Shown one piece after another: positions 1-14,300 of a stretch of DNA of 64,000 nt (positions are counted from its first letter, which is position 1; every line of letters begins with the position of its first letter). The stretch lies in NCBI RefSeq assembly GCF_006345805.1, contig NC_043004.1:24676001-24740000 (forward strand). The letters run 5' to 3'. A program made the position numbers and the translations under genes. The notes beneath the pieces were generated by a model. That model made no database searches. It was given only the letters and a program-made list of their open reading frames with translations, and was not told where the DNA came from. The stretch is from Octopus sinensis. Its lineage: Eukaryota.

Positions 1-43
1 TGTTAAAATATCCCCTGACTTACCAAAGTGGTAGAGGTGGGTG

Positions 44-92
<49 letters not shown>

Positions 93-300
93 TGTGTTTT
101 TATGCGTGTATCTATATAATATTTCCTTGTCTTTTCTTTCTCCGACTCCTTGAAAGCCATTCAAATCTACTGGTCGTCTTTTATTTCATTCACTCTGTCA
201 GTTGCCTCTTCTTTCATTTAACATTTATTATTTCTTTTCCCCTCTTTCTCTCTCTCTCTCTCTCTCTCGCATTCCCTCTCCCTCTTACAGATTGTTCATG

Positions 301-508
<208 letters not shown>

Positions 509-1439
509 CGCAACTTTTTATTAAAACTTGAGAGCTTGTCCTAAGATTTGAGTTTCTTGACACTGCGATCTGCAGACGAAGTTGTGGGTGTGCCTGTGCG
601 TGGGCACGTATGCTTGTATAAATACACACACACATACATAAGGAGAGAAATTGAATGAAGGAAATAGAGAAAGAGGAAGTTATGGATAAAATGAAAGAAA
701 TGAAATGCGAACGGAGAGGAGGACGAGAGTGAAAATAAGTGAGACTGATAAACAGAGACGCTGAGCAAAATACCGTTCACTGCAAACCTATAAAAAAAAT
801 TCCGTAATCTTAATTGAATTAAAAGACAGAGGATTACTATGACAACTATTTAAAGAATATAACAATTTAATATCCTAAAACCAATTCGTCAGAAACACAG
901 TGACGAACAATGGTGTCAACTTGGAATATTGACAGGGTTAAAGAATATAGAGACATCCACAAGTGAAGTGGACGGAAATAAGACAACTTGGTTTCGGAAA
1001 ATTCTATAGAATACTTTCATACTTCTGTTGTTGCAGTTGTTTTTGTTGCTCCTGCTGTTGCTTCTGCTGCTGTTGCTGTTCCTGTTGTTGTTGTTGCAAC
1101 TGTTGTTCTTGCTCTTGTTGGCGTTTTATTCAATTACTACAAGTGATTGGAAGTACCGATGCTATGGATTTTTATTTTTCAAACAACGTTTGGTTGTCAG
1201 AATCGGTAAAACGTCGTTCAAAACACATTATTGGATATAAATATGTAAAAAATGTTTATGGGTTCAAATCACGCCTATTTTCAGACTTTCATTCTTCTGG
1301 TAGGTATAAAATAAAAACTTAAAGTGCTTGTGTAGAGGGTCAAATCCTGCACAATTGATGGGAGTAGTCTCTCTTGATTTCGTTACAAATTCTAGAGAAA
1401 TAGTGTTGACTAGTAATGATTTGGATTTAGGAAACTCCA

Positions 1440-1902
1440 TTACTCTTTTACTCTTTTACTTGTTTCAGTCATTTGACTGCGGCCATGCTGGAGCACCGCC
1501 TTTAGTCGAGCAAATCGACCCCAGGACTTATTCTTTGTAAGCCTAGTACTTATTCTATCGGTCTCTTTTGCCGAACTGCTAAGTTACGGAGACGTAAACA
1601 CACCAGCATCGGTTGTCAAGCGATGTTGGTGGGGGAACAGCACACAAACCCAACACACACACACACCACACATATCATATTATATATATATATATATATA
1701 TAATAATATATATATATATATATATATATAGATATATAATATCTACGACGGGTTTCTTTCAGTTTCCGTCTACCAAATCCACTCACAAGCTTAGGTCGGC
1801 CCGGGGCTATAGTAGAAGACACTTTCCCAAAGTACCACGCAGTGGAACTGAACCCGGAACCATGTGGTTGGTAAGCAAGCTACTTACCACACAGTCACTC
1901 CA
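1440..1902 (-). mobile_element. tRNA-derived SINE family B (CORE-like, resembling Octopus OR-type) with internal microsatellite
   Basis: The minus strand begins with a tRNA-like head (GGAGTGACTGTGTGGTAAGTAGC...GGTTCCGGGTTCAGTTCC) and ends in an (AGAGTAAA)n tail. A near-identical copy is at 9113-9526, with partial copies at ~5010-5150, 12920-13060, 58085-58230, 59372-59490 and 61710-61995. Confidence 0.8.
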
Positions 1903-2424
1903 GTAGTATGAAAATTTAGTCTTCTTGAAAAGAGATGTTGGTGACTCCCGTAATATGTGCAGCTTCTCAGAGATATAAACGCTCAATTATGTGTTCAAGG
2001 TGAAGAGATCTTGTCGAGTGCACTCCAAGCTGTAATGAGCAGGTAATTTTCCTGCTCCCAAATACCTCGACGTGGCAGGGAAGATGACCTTTCCTATCAT
2101 AAAATTTGAAGTAATGTATATGCTGAGTGAAACAGCTTTTCGAACACTTTCTTTGTTAGTCCCATGTAGTTCCTCAGAATACATATGGTGCAATGAAGTT
2201 TGGCAGCTGCAGGTGAGAACTTGAGACAAACAAAATGTGTAGGAATATGTTTCTTGCTTTTTCGTTTGTTTCTCCGTTGTAGTGTATGATGTTCAAAGCG
2301 ATGTTGTCTTAAACAAGAGTAACTAATTTAACATAATGTCCGTTGAAAAGCTTATGGTACTTATATAGACTTGGGATGTGCTGTCTTTATATTTAGGGTG
2401 AACATTTGTGTGCGGAGGGTACTG

Positions 2425-2469
<45 letters not shown>

Positions 2470-2478
2470 ACTCTCACG

Positions 2479-2516
<38 letters not shown>

Positions 2517-2629
2517 GACAGAGAGAAAGAAAGAAATAGGAGGAAAAGAAGGAGAGACGTAAAATGGAGAGTCGATAAAGAGATCACAGGATGTGTGAGG
2601 AAAGATTTCAAACAAAGGACGCTAAAATA

Positions 2630-2787
<158 letters not shown>

Positions 2788-3446
2788 AAGCTGGAGTTTA
2801 CACAGGTAGAGTAGAATAGTTAATGGACTGTTATGTAGATAGATGTATGTATGTGGGTGTGAGTATGTGTGTATGCACATGTATATTTTTATATATTTTT
2901 TATTTATTTTTTAATTTTTTTAGATTTTTTTTTTTATTTATTTATTTGTTTGTTTTTTTGTTTTTTTTTGTATGTAAGCATAAGGATATAAAAATAAACA
3001 GATCAACATACAGACGGAAAGGTACATAGGTTATAAGAACAGACAAGCACACATACGCAAATGAAATGGAGACTGAAACACATGACCATATATACACACA
3101 CACTTTACTCTACACAAGGACACATATGGAGACACGTGTCCACACATATAGAGATGCACATCCATACATACAAACATGGTACATAGTTGCAAAACACACA
3201 CACACACAGACATGCACACACAAGGAGACAGAGGTGCATACATATACAAACACACGCTCACACACACACATACATAGAAAATACACAAACACGGACATGC
3301 AAGCACACGAATATGCAGGATACATACATACAGATGCAACACATATATATATATATATATACATATGTATGCATACACATATATATACATACATACACAT
3401 GCATACACACATACACACATAAATACGTACATGAATGCATGCATAG

Positions 3447-3484
<38 letters not shown>

Positions 3485-4520
3485 ATTGACCCACACACAT
3501 GCGCACAAGCAAATAAAATGGAACGGAGTGTAAATAGTGGACAGAGTCAAGACTATTGAAAAGGTTGCAAGACGCAACGTAAATTTTATGAAAATAAAAA
3601 TAAGAAATAAGTGGAAATTTTCCAGGTGAGTGTGTTACTTTATAAGGCACAAAAAGAAAATGACTCTCCCCAGACACAACAGAATATGCTTCAACACACG
3701 AACTCAAATAAAGAATCTTGCAAGCCAAATCCAAAAACGAAATAGTTAACAATAATTCTATTGATAACTTAGAAAGAAGTCTTTATTCAATTAATTAAAA
3801 AATTATTATATAACAATTTTATCAGAATTAATGAAAGCTGTTTTTTGAAACTGTTATATAATGTTGGAAGGACATTAGATTACATTATTTCTTGGTGAAA
3901 TATAACACATCTTTAAATTCATTTTCTGACATTTGTTAATTTAAAGCAAATATGTCAGTGCTCGGAATGTGTGTGTGTAAATAAAGACATTAACATGCAT
4001 TGTTTAAACCATTTCTAAACCTTGGAATTAAATCTAAAAGTCAATATATGGGATGCTAACTTATACAACTTGGACAAAAGCGAAACGCGGAAATAAATGT
4101 ATTTATTTTTTTCATTTGTATATGAGTATATTTGTCCGTGTATGTGCGTGTACGTGTATGTGTATGTATATGCACAGTTTATACATATGGTTTTTTCTTA
4201 TATATATATATGTGCGCTTGAATTCGTTTCTGTGTATATATGTGTGTGTTTCAGTCCCATGTGTGTATTAGTGTGGCGTGAGTAGGGCAAATGAGGAAAT
4301 ATATTTATTCCTCTCTGCATGTGTATTTGTGTGTATGTGTGTATTTGTGCACATATGCATGTGTGTATGAGAGAGAATGAGAGAGAGAGAGAGAGGGACA
4401 GTGTGAGGGGGACAGAGAGAGAGAGAAAGAGAGATGGAGAGAGACGCGGAGAAGTGGTAAATACATAAATCCTATGTTTTTCTTTGCGAATGTGGGTAAG
4501 TGTGTTTGTGTACGTGATTG

Positions 4521-4587
<67 letters not shown>

Positions 4588-5263
4588 ATAGAAATGACGA
4601 ATACATTTATTGTCGTATATATGCATATTTATGCCTATGCAGGTATATGTGAGCATCCAGATGACAACTACATTTATTCTCGTATTTTTTGTTTGTCTAT
4701 CGATGGATAGATGCCTGCTTGAATACGTATCTGTGTTCATGTATTTTTGTGCGTGTATGTGCGTGTATATGTGCGTGTATATGTGCGTGTATATGTGCGT
4801 GTGTACATATGCTTGTAGTGTAGGCAAAAGAAAATATATCTATTTTGCCCCATATCCGACAAAGCACTTACATCGCAACCGACGAGTCTATTTGTCTCTT
4901 TGAGTAGGTATGACAGGTGATATACATCACCTACGCAAATAGTTGCAATGTAATAGCATGTTTAGTTGCGTCGCAGTACACACACACACACACACACACA
5001 CATCCTTTGTCTTTTACTTGTTTCAGACATTTGAGTTGCAGCCATGCTGGGGCACTGTCATGATTGGTTTTAGTCGAACAAATCGACCCCCACAACTATA
5101 TTTTTTTTAAGCTTGATACTTATTCTACCGGCTTCTTTGGCTAAACCGCTAAGTGTACCATAAGTGCGTGAATCTGAGAGGAAAATGTGTTGAATAAAAT
5201 CAAACATAACTGATCCTCCTATATTTTCTTTTATCCAAAGTCAGGAACCTTTCATCACTCCTC

Positions 5264-5315
<52 letters not shown>

Positions 5316-5991
5316 CATAGACCAGACTGCTAGCCCTCTTTTTGCGTCTGACTGTGGTCACTGCCTCATCGATATTCTTTCCTATGTTTGTGAAAGTTTT
5401 GTATCTCTACCGTAAGGCTTCATTTCCACACACGCCAGGCACCTGTTGTTATGTCCCGTTATTATTATTGTATTTTGTATTTATATTCGTGTAACATCGT
5501 CTGTTTTTCCGTCCTTGTTTTCGAATACATTCGATGCTTTCCTCCAAGGAATCTAATGCTCTTAGCTTAGGTTTTCTTTGTGAGGATGATCCGGTTCTTG
5601 ACTGAGGATAGAAAGCTTCGAATGACACGTCCTTGTTTTTTTTTTGTATCGTCTATCTGGATGTTTTGTTGTCCCTTTTTGTATCACCTAGTTGTCCGGA
5701 TGTTTTGCGTTCTTGTCCAATTTTGTATTTTATATATATATATATAATATTATATATATATATATATATATACTATTGTATCTGGGGAGAGTCATTTTCT
5801 TTTTGTGCATTATAATGTAACACACTCACCGGTAAAATTTCCACTTATTTCTTTTTTTTTACCGGTGAGTGTATTACATTATAAGGCACAAAAAGAAAAT
5901 GACTCTCCCTAGACACAACAGAATATGCTACAACACACGAATTCATATAAAGAATCTTGCAAACCAAATCCAAAAACAATATATATATAAT

Positions 5992-6307
5992 GTTAATCCA
6001 AACATGAAAACACAAAGAGAAAACACAACAACGCGAGGACGTGGAACAAATATAGTATTATTGGACGCTCAGGAAGAAGGAAAGGAGGGTTTAACGTTTC
6101 GAGCGAAGCTCTTCGTCAGAAACATAGGAAAAGGAAAGATCCAAAGAAGAGAAGACGGAGGAAAAAAATCGCCAACGGTACACACGCGGTCACATTTTGA
6201 ATATATATATATATATATAGTTAGTTAATCCAAACAAGAAAACACAAAAAAAATCACAGCAACGCGAGGACGTGGAACAAATAAACTATTATTGGACGCT
6301 CAGGAAA
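5992..6307 (-). mobile_element. Penelope-like terminal repeat (one full and one partial tandem copy) carrying a hammerhead motif
   Basis: GTTAATCCAAAC...GGACGCTCAGGAA is repeated at 5992-6075 and 6224-6306, with a hammerhead core at 6089-6123 on the minus strand. The tandem partial-repeat layout is typical of Penelope-like element pLTRs. Confidence 0.55.
6089..6123 (-). ncRNA. Minimal type I hammerhead ribozyme-like motif
   Basis: Minus strand reads GUUU-CUGACGA-A-GAGC-UUC-GCUC-GAAA-CG-UU-AAAC: core CUGANGA and GAAA, a 4-bp stem II, stem I GUUU/AAAC and a palindromic loopless stem III (ACGU). Confidence 0.6.
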
Positions 6308-6699
6308 GAATGGAGTCAATCTAAGCAAAGAATACTCTAAACAAATTGCTATTTGTTTAGAGCATTACTCACAAATGTCTTTCATTGTTAATTTAGGAGC
6401 CTTTAGAGCATTAAGAGAATGGTCGTAAAAAGTTCATAAAAATTCGCATTTTCTGGTAGAGCGTAAAAGTTAAATTTCTTCTAAGTAATTAATTTATTTA
6501 AAGTTGTTTGGCTATTAAAACTTACAAAATGTAAGAAAACCGAATAGCTGAATAAATATGTTCTATGGCCTCCGTGGTTCAAGATTGATTATGTATCTGA
6601 ACCTGTGCGTTCTAACCCTTAGGTTAGAAGGGTAACCGCCAATTAGACACTGTTACTGCTTCGCACCAGTACTGACTAAGGCCGGCGTTATGTGTGTGT

Positions 6700-6735
<36 letters not shown>

Positions 6736-7163
6736 ATATATACATATATATGTATGGTGGTATGTGTGGGTGAGCATGTGTGTCTGCTTGCCTATGTGTG
6801 TGTGTGAGTGCATACAGATACGCATACTTACGTACATCCATACATACATATATACACATGCGTTTATGCACATATGGACATTCAATACATATATAAACAT
6901 ACATATATATATATATATACATACATATAAATACGTATATATATATATATATATATATATGTACATATATATACATACACATCTATACACATATATACAC
7001 ACCTAATCGTACTTCAGCGGTGTATATGTTCTGTGCGTATAAGTGTGAGTGTTATTTGTGTGCGTATGTGTGTGCGTGTGTTTGTCTATGTGTGTGTATG
7101 TGTATGGGGTGTGCATGTGTGCATGTGTTCATATGTGCGTGTGTGCGTGTGTACGTGTGTGTG

Positions 7164-7206
<43 letters not shown>

Positions 7207-7528
7207 TTATTTTCTCCAATTTAATAAATCCAGTTACAGTATATGAGATATAATTAAACTTTTGGAATGAAGTTAATTATTTGTACTAGAAAGGACTAGA
7301 GAAGACTTGCCTACGTCTGCCAAGGGGTTTGAAGACTTAGCCACTTATTAATTGAATTGAGAACGTTTAAACTAGACATCCTGTCGGCGAAACAAAACGT
7401 ATATTAACAATGAAACCTTTACAGTTGGTACTTTAATATATCGATTGGAGTCAAAACTATCCACTAACTCCCCTCTCTAAAAATTGCTGGGCTTGTACGT
7501 AAAGCAGAAACCATTATCATCATCATCA

Positions 7529-7566
<38 letters not shown>

Positions 7567-7571
7567 TTTAA

Positions 7572-8460
7572 GGCGGCGAGCTGGCAGAATCGTTGGCATG
7601 CTGGACGAAATGCTTAGCGGTATTTCGCCCGTCGTTACGTTCTGAGTTCAATATCCGCCCATATCGACCTTATCTTTCATCATTTTGGGATCGATAAAAT
7701 AAGTACCAGTTGCAGATTGGTGGGGAGTCGATGTAACCGACTTATTCCCACCCCTGAAATTGATGTCCTTCCGCCAAAAAATTTGAAATCATTATTAGTA
7801 AGGAGGCAGAATGTCTGAATCGTTAGCACGCCGATATTTCGCCCATTTTTTTACGTTCTAAATTCAAATTCCGCTGAGATCGTCTTTGTCTTTCATTCTT
7901 TTGGGGTCGATAAATTAAGTAGCAGTGAAACACTGGGGTCGATATAATCGATTAGTCCCATCCCCACAAATTTCAGGCCCTGTGCCTATAGTAGAATGGA
8001 TTATTATAAGGCTGGCATAATCGTTAATTCGCCGGACAAAATGCTTAGCAGCATTTCGCCTGTCTTTACGTTCTGAGTTCGAATTCCACTTATGTCGACT
8101 TTGCCTTTTACTCTTTCGGAATCCATAAAATAAGTACCAGTTGAGCTGTAGGGTCGATATAATCAACTAACTCCACCAGTCAAATTTCAAGCCTTGTGCT
8201 TATAATAGAAAGGATAATTGTGGTTATTATCATTAATTGTAAGGTGGCAGGTTGACAGAATCGTTAGCACACTGCACGAAATCCTTAGCAGTATTTCGTC
8301 CGTCATTTTGTTCTGAATTCAAATTCCACCAAGTCGATGTTACCTTTCATCCTTTCGGACTCGATAAATTACGTAGCAGTGAAACACTAAGGTTAATGTA
8401 ATCAATTAATCCACTCCCGCAAAATTTCTGGCTTTGTGCCTTTCGTAGGCAGGATTATTA
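7572..8460 (+). mobile_element. Four head-to-tail diverged copies of tRNA-derived SINE family A
   Basis: Each unit reads GGC..GGCAGAATCGTTAGCAC...GAGTTCAAATTCC...CCTTTCATCCTTTCGGGGTCGATAAA...ATTATT. Starts are at ~7572, 7803, 8010 and 8243. Confidence 0.8.
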
Positions 8461-9112
8461 TTATTAATCATTATTGTTATCGTTGTTGTGATTTTACAAA
8501 ATACCTACATTTTTATCATCAAATATTTAAATGACGCTTCAAGATTCATCCTTTCCCCGCTTTCATACATTCAGCACGTACGCCTGTACATCGACCCCAG
8601 TGCGTAACTGGTACTTAATTTATCGACCCCGAAAGGATGAAAGGCAAAGTCGACCTCGACGGAATTTGAACTCAGAATGTAAAGACAGACGAAATACCGC
8701 TAAGTATTTCTGCCAGGATTGAACTCAAAAATCTCCGAATGAAGGAGCGAATTTCAGCCATAAGTCTATTGATTATTGAAATGACTCTGATTGTCACGAA
8801 ACAAAACACTGTACGTGTTTGTATGCATGTACATATGAGTGTGTGTCTGCACATGCTCGCACACATTCACATCTTCCTTCTTACCTTTTTGTTCTAGCCA
8901 GACCAATATTTGAGACAATGGTGGAAGGAAATTTACCACTTCCTATGTGTTAGTGTGTTCTTGTTTCTCTTCCTTCCAGTACTTAGAGTAATCTGTATCT
9001 CATCTCATTTCTAATGTTGACTTGTTTGAGAAATCGATTACACGTCTAGGAAACTCTGGAATAACACAAGGCCACTGGATCAGCCTAAATATTTATATAC
9101 TTATGTGTGTGA

Positions 9113-9526
9113 ATACTCTTTACTCTCTTTTACTCTTTTACTTGTTTCAGTCATTTGACTGCGGCCATGCTGGAGCACCGCCTTTAGTCGAGCAAATCGA
9201 ACCCGGGACTTATTCTTTGTAAGCCCAGTACTTATTCTATCGGTCTCTTTTGCCGAACCGCTAAGTGACGGGGACGTGAACACACCAGCATCGGTTGTCA
9301 AGCAATGCTAGGGAGACAAACACAGACACACAAACACATACACACACATACATATATATACATATATACGACAGGCTTCTTTCAGTTTCCGTCTACCAAA
9401 TCCACTCACAAGGCATTGGTCGGCCCGGGGCTATAGCAGAAGACACTTTCCCAAGATGCCACGCAGTGGGACTGAACCCGGAACCATGTGTTTGTTTAGC
9501 AAGCTACTTACCACACAGCCACTCCT
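9113..9526 (-). mobile_element. SINE family B copy
   Basis: Near-identical to 1440-1902. Confidence 0.8.
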
Positions 9527-9566
9527 GCGTCTGTACGTATATATGTAAGTATATATGTGCATGTAT

Positions 9567-9640
<74 letters not shown>

Positions 9641-9677
9641 AACATATACACACACTCACACACATATATATGTATAA

Positions 9678-9907
9678 GGCAGCGAGCTGGCAGAAACGTT
9701 AGCACGCCGGGCGAAATGCGTAGCCGTATTTCGTCTGCCGTTACGTTCTGAGTTCAAATTCCGCCGAGGTCAACTTTGCCTTTCATCCTTTCGGGGTCGA
9801 TAAATTAAGTACCAGTTACGCACTGGGGGTCGATGTAATCGACTTAATCCGTGTGTCTGTCCTTGTTTGTCCCCTCTATGTCTAGCCCCTTGTGGGTAAT
9901 AAAGAAA
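9678..9907 (+). mobile_element. SINE family A copy
   Basis: GGCAGCGAGCTGGCAGAAACGTTAGCACGCCGGGCG head with a B-box-like GAGTTCAAATTCC. Other copies are at 8588-8715(-), 16312-16430(+), 17730-17920(-), 27320-27540(-), 45718-45937(-), 58850-59045(-) and 60030-60195(-). Confidence 0.8.
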
Positions 9908-10531
9908 CATATATATATACATACACACACATAGATTACACCCACATAGTGCATACACTATATCTACTCTTTCGCGATCAACTCTCCTCTTTCCTTTTTT
10001 CACCATTATTTTCTCCGTTTTTTTTTTCCTCTCTTTCACTTCTAATTCTTCAAATTCGGTCTCCCTATAATTTTCCCATGATGAACTAGCGTCCAGAACG
10101 TGGACACTTTTCCTCTTCCTTTAAGAGTTAAGCTAATGAAACATTTGTAACAACCTGTCCCTTTTGTATATACATGCGTGTGTATGAATGTATGTATGTA
10201 TGTATGTATGTATGTATGTATGTATGTATGTATGTATGTACAAGGACGAGAAAGTAAGTATATCATTTTACCGGGGGACTGCTCCTCTAACATATTTGCA
10301 CACTATTTCTGTCTACCAGATTAACCACGCAAAACTTTAATTGTCTCGATCTGTTTGGTGGCACTAATCTTGCCGTTGGCAGCATTATCCTCTAAATATA
10401 ACCATTTGGATTCAGAAACGTAAAGTCGGAATTATGAGTGAATGTGGCCAGTTAATTCACCCAATTTCCCAGCTTTGCAGTTATGCTTTCAAAATAGAAA
10501 AATATCTGTTTCAACATGGTAGATTAAAAGG

Positions 10532-10846
10532 CAGTGGTTCTCAACCATTTATTTTTATTTTATTTTATTTTATTTTATTTCTTTTTTGCCTATGGACCCC
10601 CTTGATTCCTATTTTACTCTACTGGACCTCCATAGCCATTCGATGTCTTAAAAAAAGTTTATTGTTTTGTTTTTTTATAATTAAATATTACTAGGATTTG
10701 TATTAAAAATTGAACTACAAGGATTCGTATAAAAAAAATCAAAGTATTGTATTATAGAATTATAAGCAATCTACTGCACATAAATTTTAGCAACAAAATC
10801 TTATGTGGACTCCAAGGGCTATTTGGACCCCGGTTGAGAACCATTG
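10532..10846. mobile_element. hAT-like MITE
   Basis: Terminal inverted repeats CAGTGGTTCTCAACC / GGTTGAGAACCATTG. The 8-bp TSD is not conserved. Confidence 0.7.
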
Positions 10847-11342
10847 GTCAAGGTATAATGCAATAGGATTGAACTCTAAAATCTCCGAATGAAAGAAAGC
10901 GAATTTCAGCCATAAGTCCATTGATTATTGAAAACGACTCTGGTTGTCACGAAACAAAACATTGTTTATTAAGTGTCACCCAATCAATGGACATGGTTTT
11001 GTCATGTGACGTTTTTCACTCCCACATCGTTCATTATTCAAGCTTACGTCGAATCGTCCGAGGGGACACTTTTTGACTTTGTCGGGTGACGTTAGACATA
11101 CATCGATTCATTGTTGTACATTTATTCTTTTCGCCTTTGCTCGCTTACTATGGTACAGATGGTTCATTTTTCATCGTGGGCAATAAGAGTTACAGTTCGC
11201 CATTTTGCACTTCAGTTTGGAATTGTTACGTCTTCTTCGTTCGTTAATAATGTCATGAGTACGCCATTTTTATTGTGTTGTATTTCTTTGTTTTGTCATC
11301 CCTACTTAGTAATACTTTTAGTTACATTATAAGACACTTGTA

Positions 11343-11780
11343 AGGAAGCGAGTTGGCAGATTCGTTAGCACGCTGGACGAAATGCTTAGCGGTATTTCGC
11401 CAGTCAGCGGCGAGCTGGCAGAAACGTTAGCACGCCGGGCGAAATGCGTAGCCGTATTTCGTCTACCGCTACGTTCTGAGTTCAAATTCCGCCGAGGTCG
11501 ACTTTTCCTTTCATCCTTTCGGGGTCGATAAATTAAGTACCAGTTACACACTGGGGTCGATATAATCCACTTAATCCGTTTGTTTGTCCACTCTGTATTT
11601 AGCCCCTTGTGGGTAATAAAGAAATAGGTATTTCGCCAGTCACTACGTTCTAAGTTCAATTTCCGCCGAGTTCGACTTTGCCTTTCATTCTTTCGGAGTC
11701 GATAAATTAAGTACCAGTGAAACACTGGGGTCGATGTAATCCCCACAAATTTCAGGCCTTGTGCCTATAGTAGAAAGGAT
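11343..11780 (+). mobile_element. Nested SINE family A (young copy ~11408-11626 inside an older copy)
   Basis: GGTATTTCGCCAGTCA is duplicated at ~11391-11406 and ~11627-11642, flanking a complete SINE copy like a TSD. Confidence 0.75.
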
Positions 11781-12826
11781 TTTAAGACACTTGTCATTCG
11801 TAAGTGTTTTAATTTCTTTATGACCCCTCGTCATTCATGCTTCACCTAATTTGTAGCTCCGACACTAATCTTTTGGACTTTCCACTTTCTCTTTTGTCAT
11901 TCATGCTCTACCTAACTCTCAAACCCTCAACATCCATCACTGTACTTACTCTCAGCTCTAAACCCTCACTCGAAATTTCCTCACTCTCAAATTTTCTTAG
12001 CTTTCAGTACACAAATAGACATCTGTTTAAATTTTGTAGAGAAGCTGCCAGGATTTCCCCTGATGTTACTTGTATTTATTTCATCAGTCCGAAAATATAG
12101 AAAACAAATTGGATACAGAAGAGATTTGCACTAGAAGCTTACATATATTAACATAAATTAGAATCAGAAGAGTCTATACTGTGTACCTCGTAACACAGTG
12201 TTTCTTTATGTTCCAGAAACAAGTTCTGTTTTTGCCCTTCATCTGTAGCCCTAGATACACAATGCACAAAAATGATTCTCTTGATTCTAAATCTATTCAG
12301 TCATTGGTGGTCGGAGTCTGGGCTAAGCAACAACAACAACAGCAAATTAGCAGCAAGCAAAATACCAGAGCCGATAAAACTGTGCAATGACTATGAGCAG
12401 AAACGCAACAATACAATGTACGATAAAACACTTTGCAGAAAAGCTAAGAATGTATGTTATCTATATATAAGAAATCAGAAATACGAGACTCTCTAATTTA
12501 TACTAAGGTCAAGAGAACCAGAAGTGAAAATTATTCGAATTGAAAACAATTAAATTCTTTCACAATATAAAGATGTCATTTCCAGGACCTAATAAATATT
12601 TATCACTATTTGCAAATTCAATATCAACTATAACTTTATTGCAGAAAAAGTCAAAACGGTTTTGATTTAATAATTGGATCAGATGTGAATGTTTTCCAAC
12701 ACTGTTTATTATTCTTGCTTGAAAGCAGGAATTTTGAATTGGTATTTTCGTATGGTGATTTCTCTCTTTATGTGACAGCATCCGAGTAGAGATATTAATA
12801 TATTTATATCATGTTTGGATTAACTT

Positions 12827-12875
<49 letters not shown>

Positions 12876-13388
12876 ATGCACACACACACACATACATATA
12901 TTCTTTTCTTCTTTTCTTTTTATTTGTTTCAGTCATTTGACTGCGGCCATGCTGGAGCACCGCCTTTAGTCGAACAAATTGACCCAAATACTCATTCTTT
13001 GTAAGCCTAGTACTTATTCTTTTGGTTTCTTATGCCGAATCGCTAAGTTACGGGGACATAAACACAGACAGACAGACAGATAGGTAGATAGATAAAGACA
13101 GATATGTGTATGTATGTATATAAATATAAACGTGTGTGTGTGTTTGTATGAGTAGTATGTACGTGTGTGTCTATGTGTGTATTGAATATAATTATCAAAT
13201 ATATATATAATATATTTAATACATATAGAGTTAGAACATCTTTTACGTGTCTGCCGTAAACCGTAGTTTTGTACAGACGGACAGACAGACAGGTAGGTAG
13301 GCAGGTAGGTAGATAGGTAGGTAGGTAGGCAGGTAGGTAGGTATGTAGGTAGGTAGGTTGGTTGGTAGGTAGGCAGGCAGGCAGTGAG

Positions 13389-13703
13389 GGCGCGTGGCTT
13401 AGTGGTTAGGGTATTCGGCTCATGATCGTAAGGTTGTGAGTTCGATTCCCGGCGACGCGTTGTGTCCTTGAGCAAGACACTTTATTTCACGTTGCTCCAG
13501 TCCACTCAGCTGGCAAAAATGAGTTGTACTTGTATTTCAAAGGGTCAGCCTTGTCACTCTCTGTGTCACGCTGATTATCCCCGAGAACTACGTTAAGGGT
13601 ACACGTGTCTGTGGAATGCTCAGCCATTTGCACGTTAATTTCACGAGCAAGCTGTTCCGTTGATCGTATCAGCTGGGACCCTCGTCGTCGTAACCGGCGG
13701 AGT
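13389..13703 (+). mobile_element. tRNA-derived SINE family C
   Basis: A-box-like GGCGCGTGGCTTAGTGGTTAGG and B-box-like GAGTTCGATTCCC. A second copy is at ~17170-17490 and a 3'-end fragment at ~25879-25919. Confidence 0.8.
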
Positions 13704-13899
13704 CTTTTTTTTTTAGGCAGGCAGGCAGGCAAGCAAACAGGCAGGCAAGTACGTACGTACATACTAAAACATATATGTAAATGTGTATGTATATAACTAT
13801 TAAGATAATGGCTCTTGCATGACTACTATTTCTCTCTGTGAATTTATCCAAAATCTCTCAGGAACAAAAACGATTTATTTCAACAGTAATCACGATAAT

Positions 13900-14300
13900 A
13901 GATCTTTTCACTCTGCCTCGCATATCGAGTCATTTTTTTGCTAATTAATTTGGCCTTCCTCCCAGACGCTTCAATGAGTTCATACGAGCACGCCACCAAC
14001 CATGGTCCCCCATGCATTCATCAACATTTGCCATTCCACTATCTTGAAACAAGTTGTCCACGTGGGTTAGGTATTTTTCTTTCCTCCGTTGATTCTTTCT
14101 TCAAATAACTGCTACAAGAGCAGTTATTCTGGGTGCCCGACGCAGTGACCAGCAATTTTCGCTTTCTCTTCGGAATTTTCTTAGTCACTTTTGGTAAATC
14201 TTGATAAAGCTGCTCATTGGTTAAGTGAGCTCCCCGTGTAACATTCAGAGCCATTTATGATCCAATTATTGTCAAGCAAGCTCAGCTTTCGGGAGACTCC
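13900..14300 (-). mobile_element. Degraded RTE-like LINE ORF2 C-terminal fragment
   Basis: MALNVTRGAHLTNEQLYQDLPKV resembles the post-RT region also seen in the LINE at 28280-28708 (RAQNLSWKRHPTKMQIYGKLPPV). Confidence 0.5.

Noticed and set aside
963-1322. Cys-rich ORF resembling metallothionein
   Set aside because: The Cys run comes from a (TGY)n trinucleotide repeat, lacks the Lys/Gly spacing of metallothioneins and starts at GTG.
13389-13460. tRNA-like sequences at SINE heads (also 9678, 17170, 1830-1902)
   Set aside because: They continue into repeated SINE bodies and do not form a full cloverleaf, so they are not tRNA genes.
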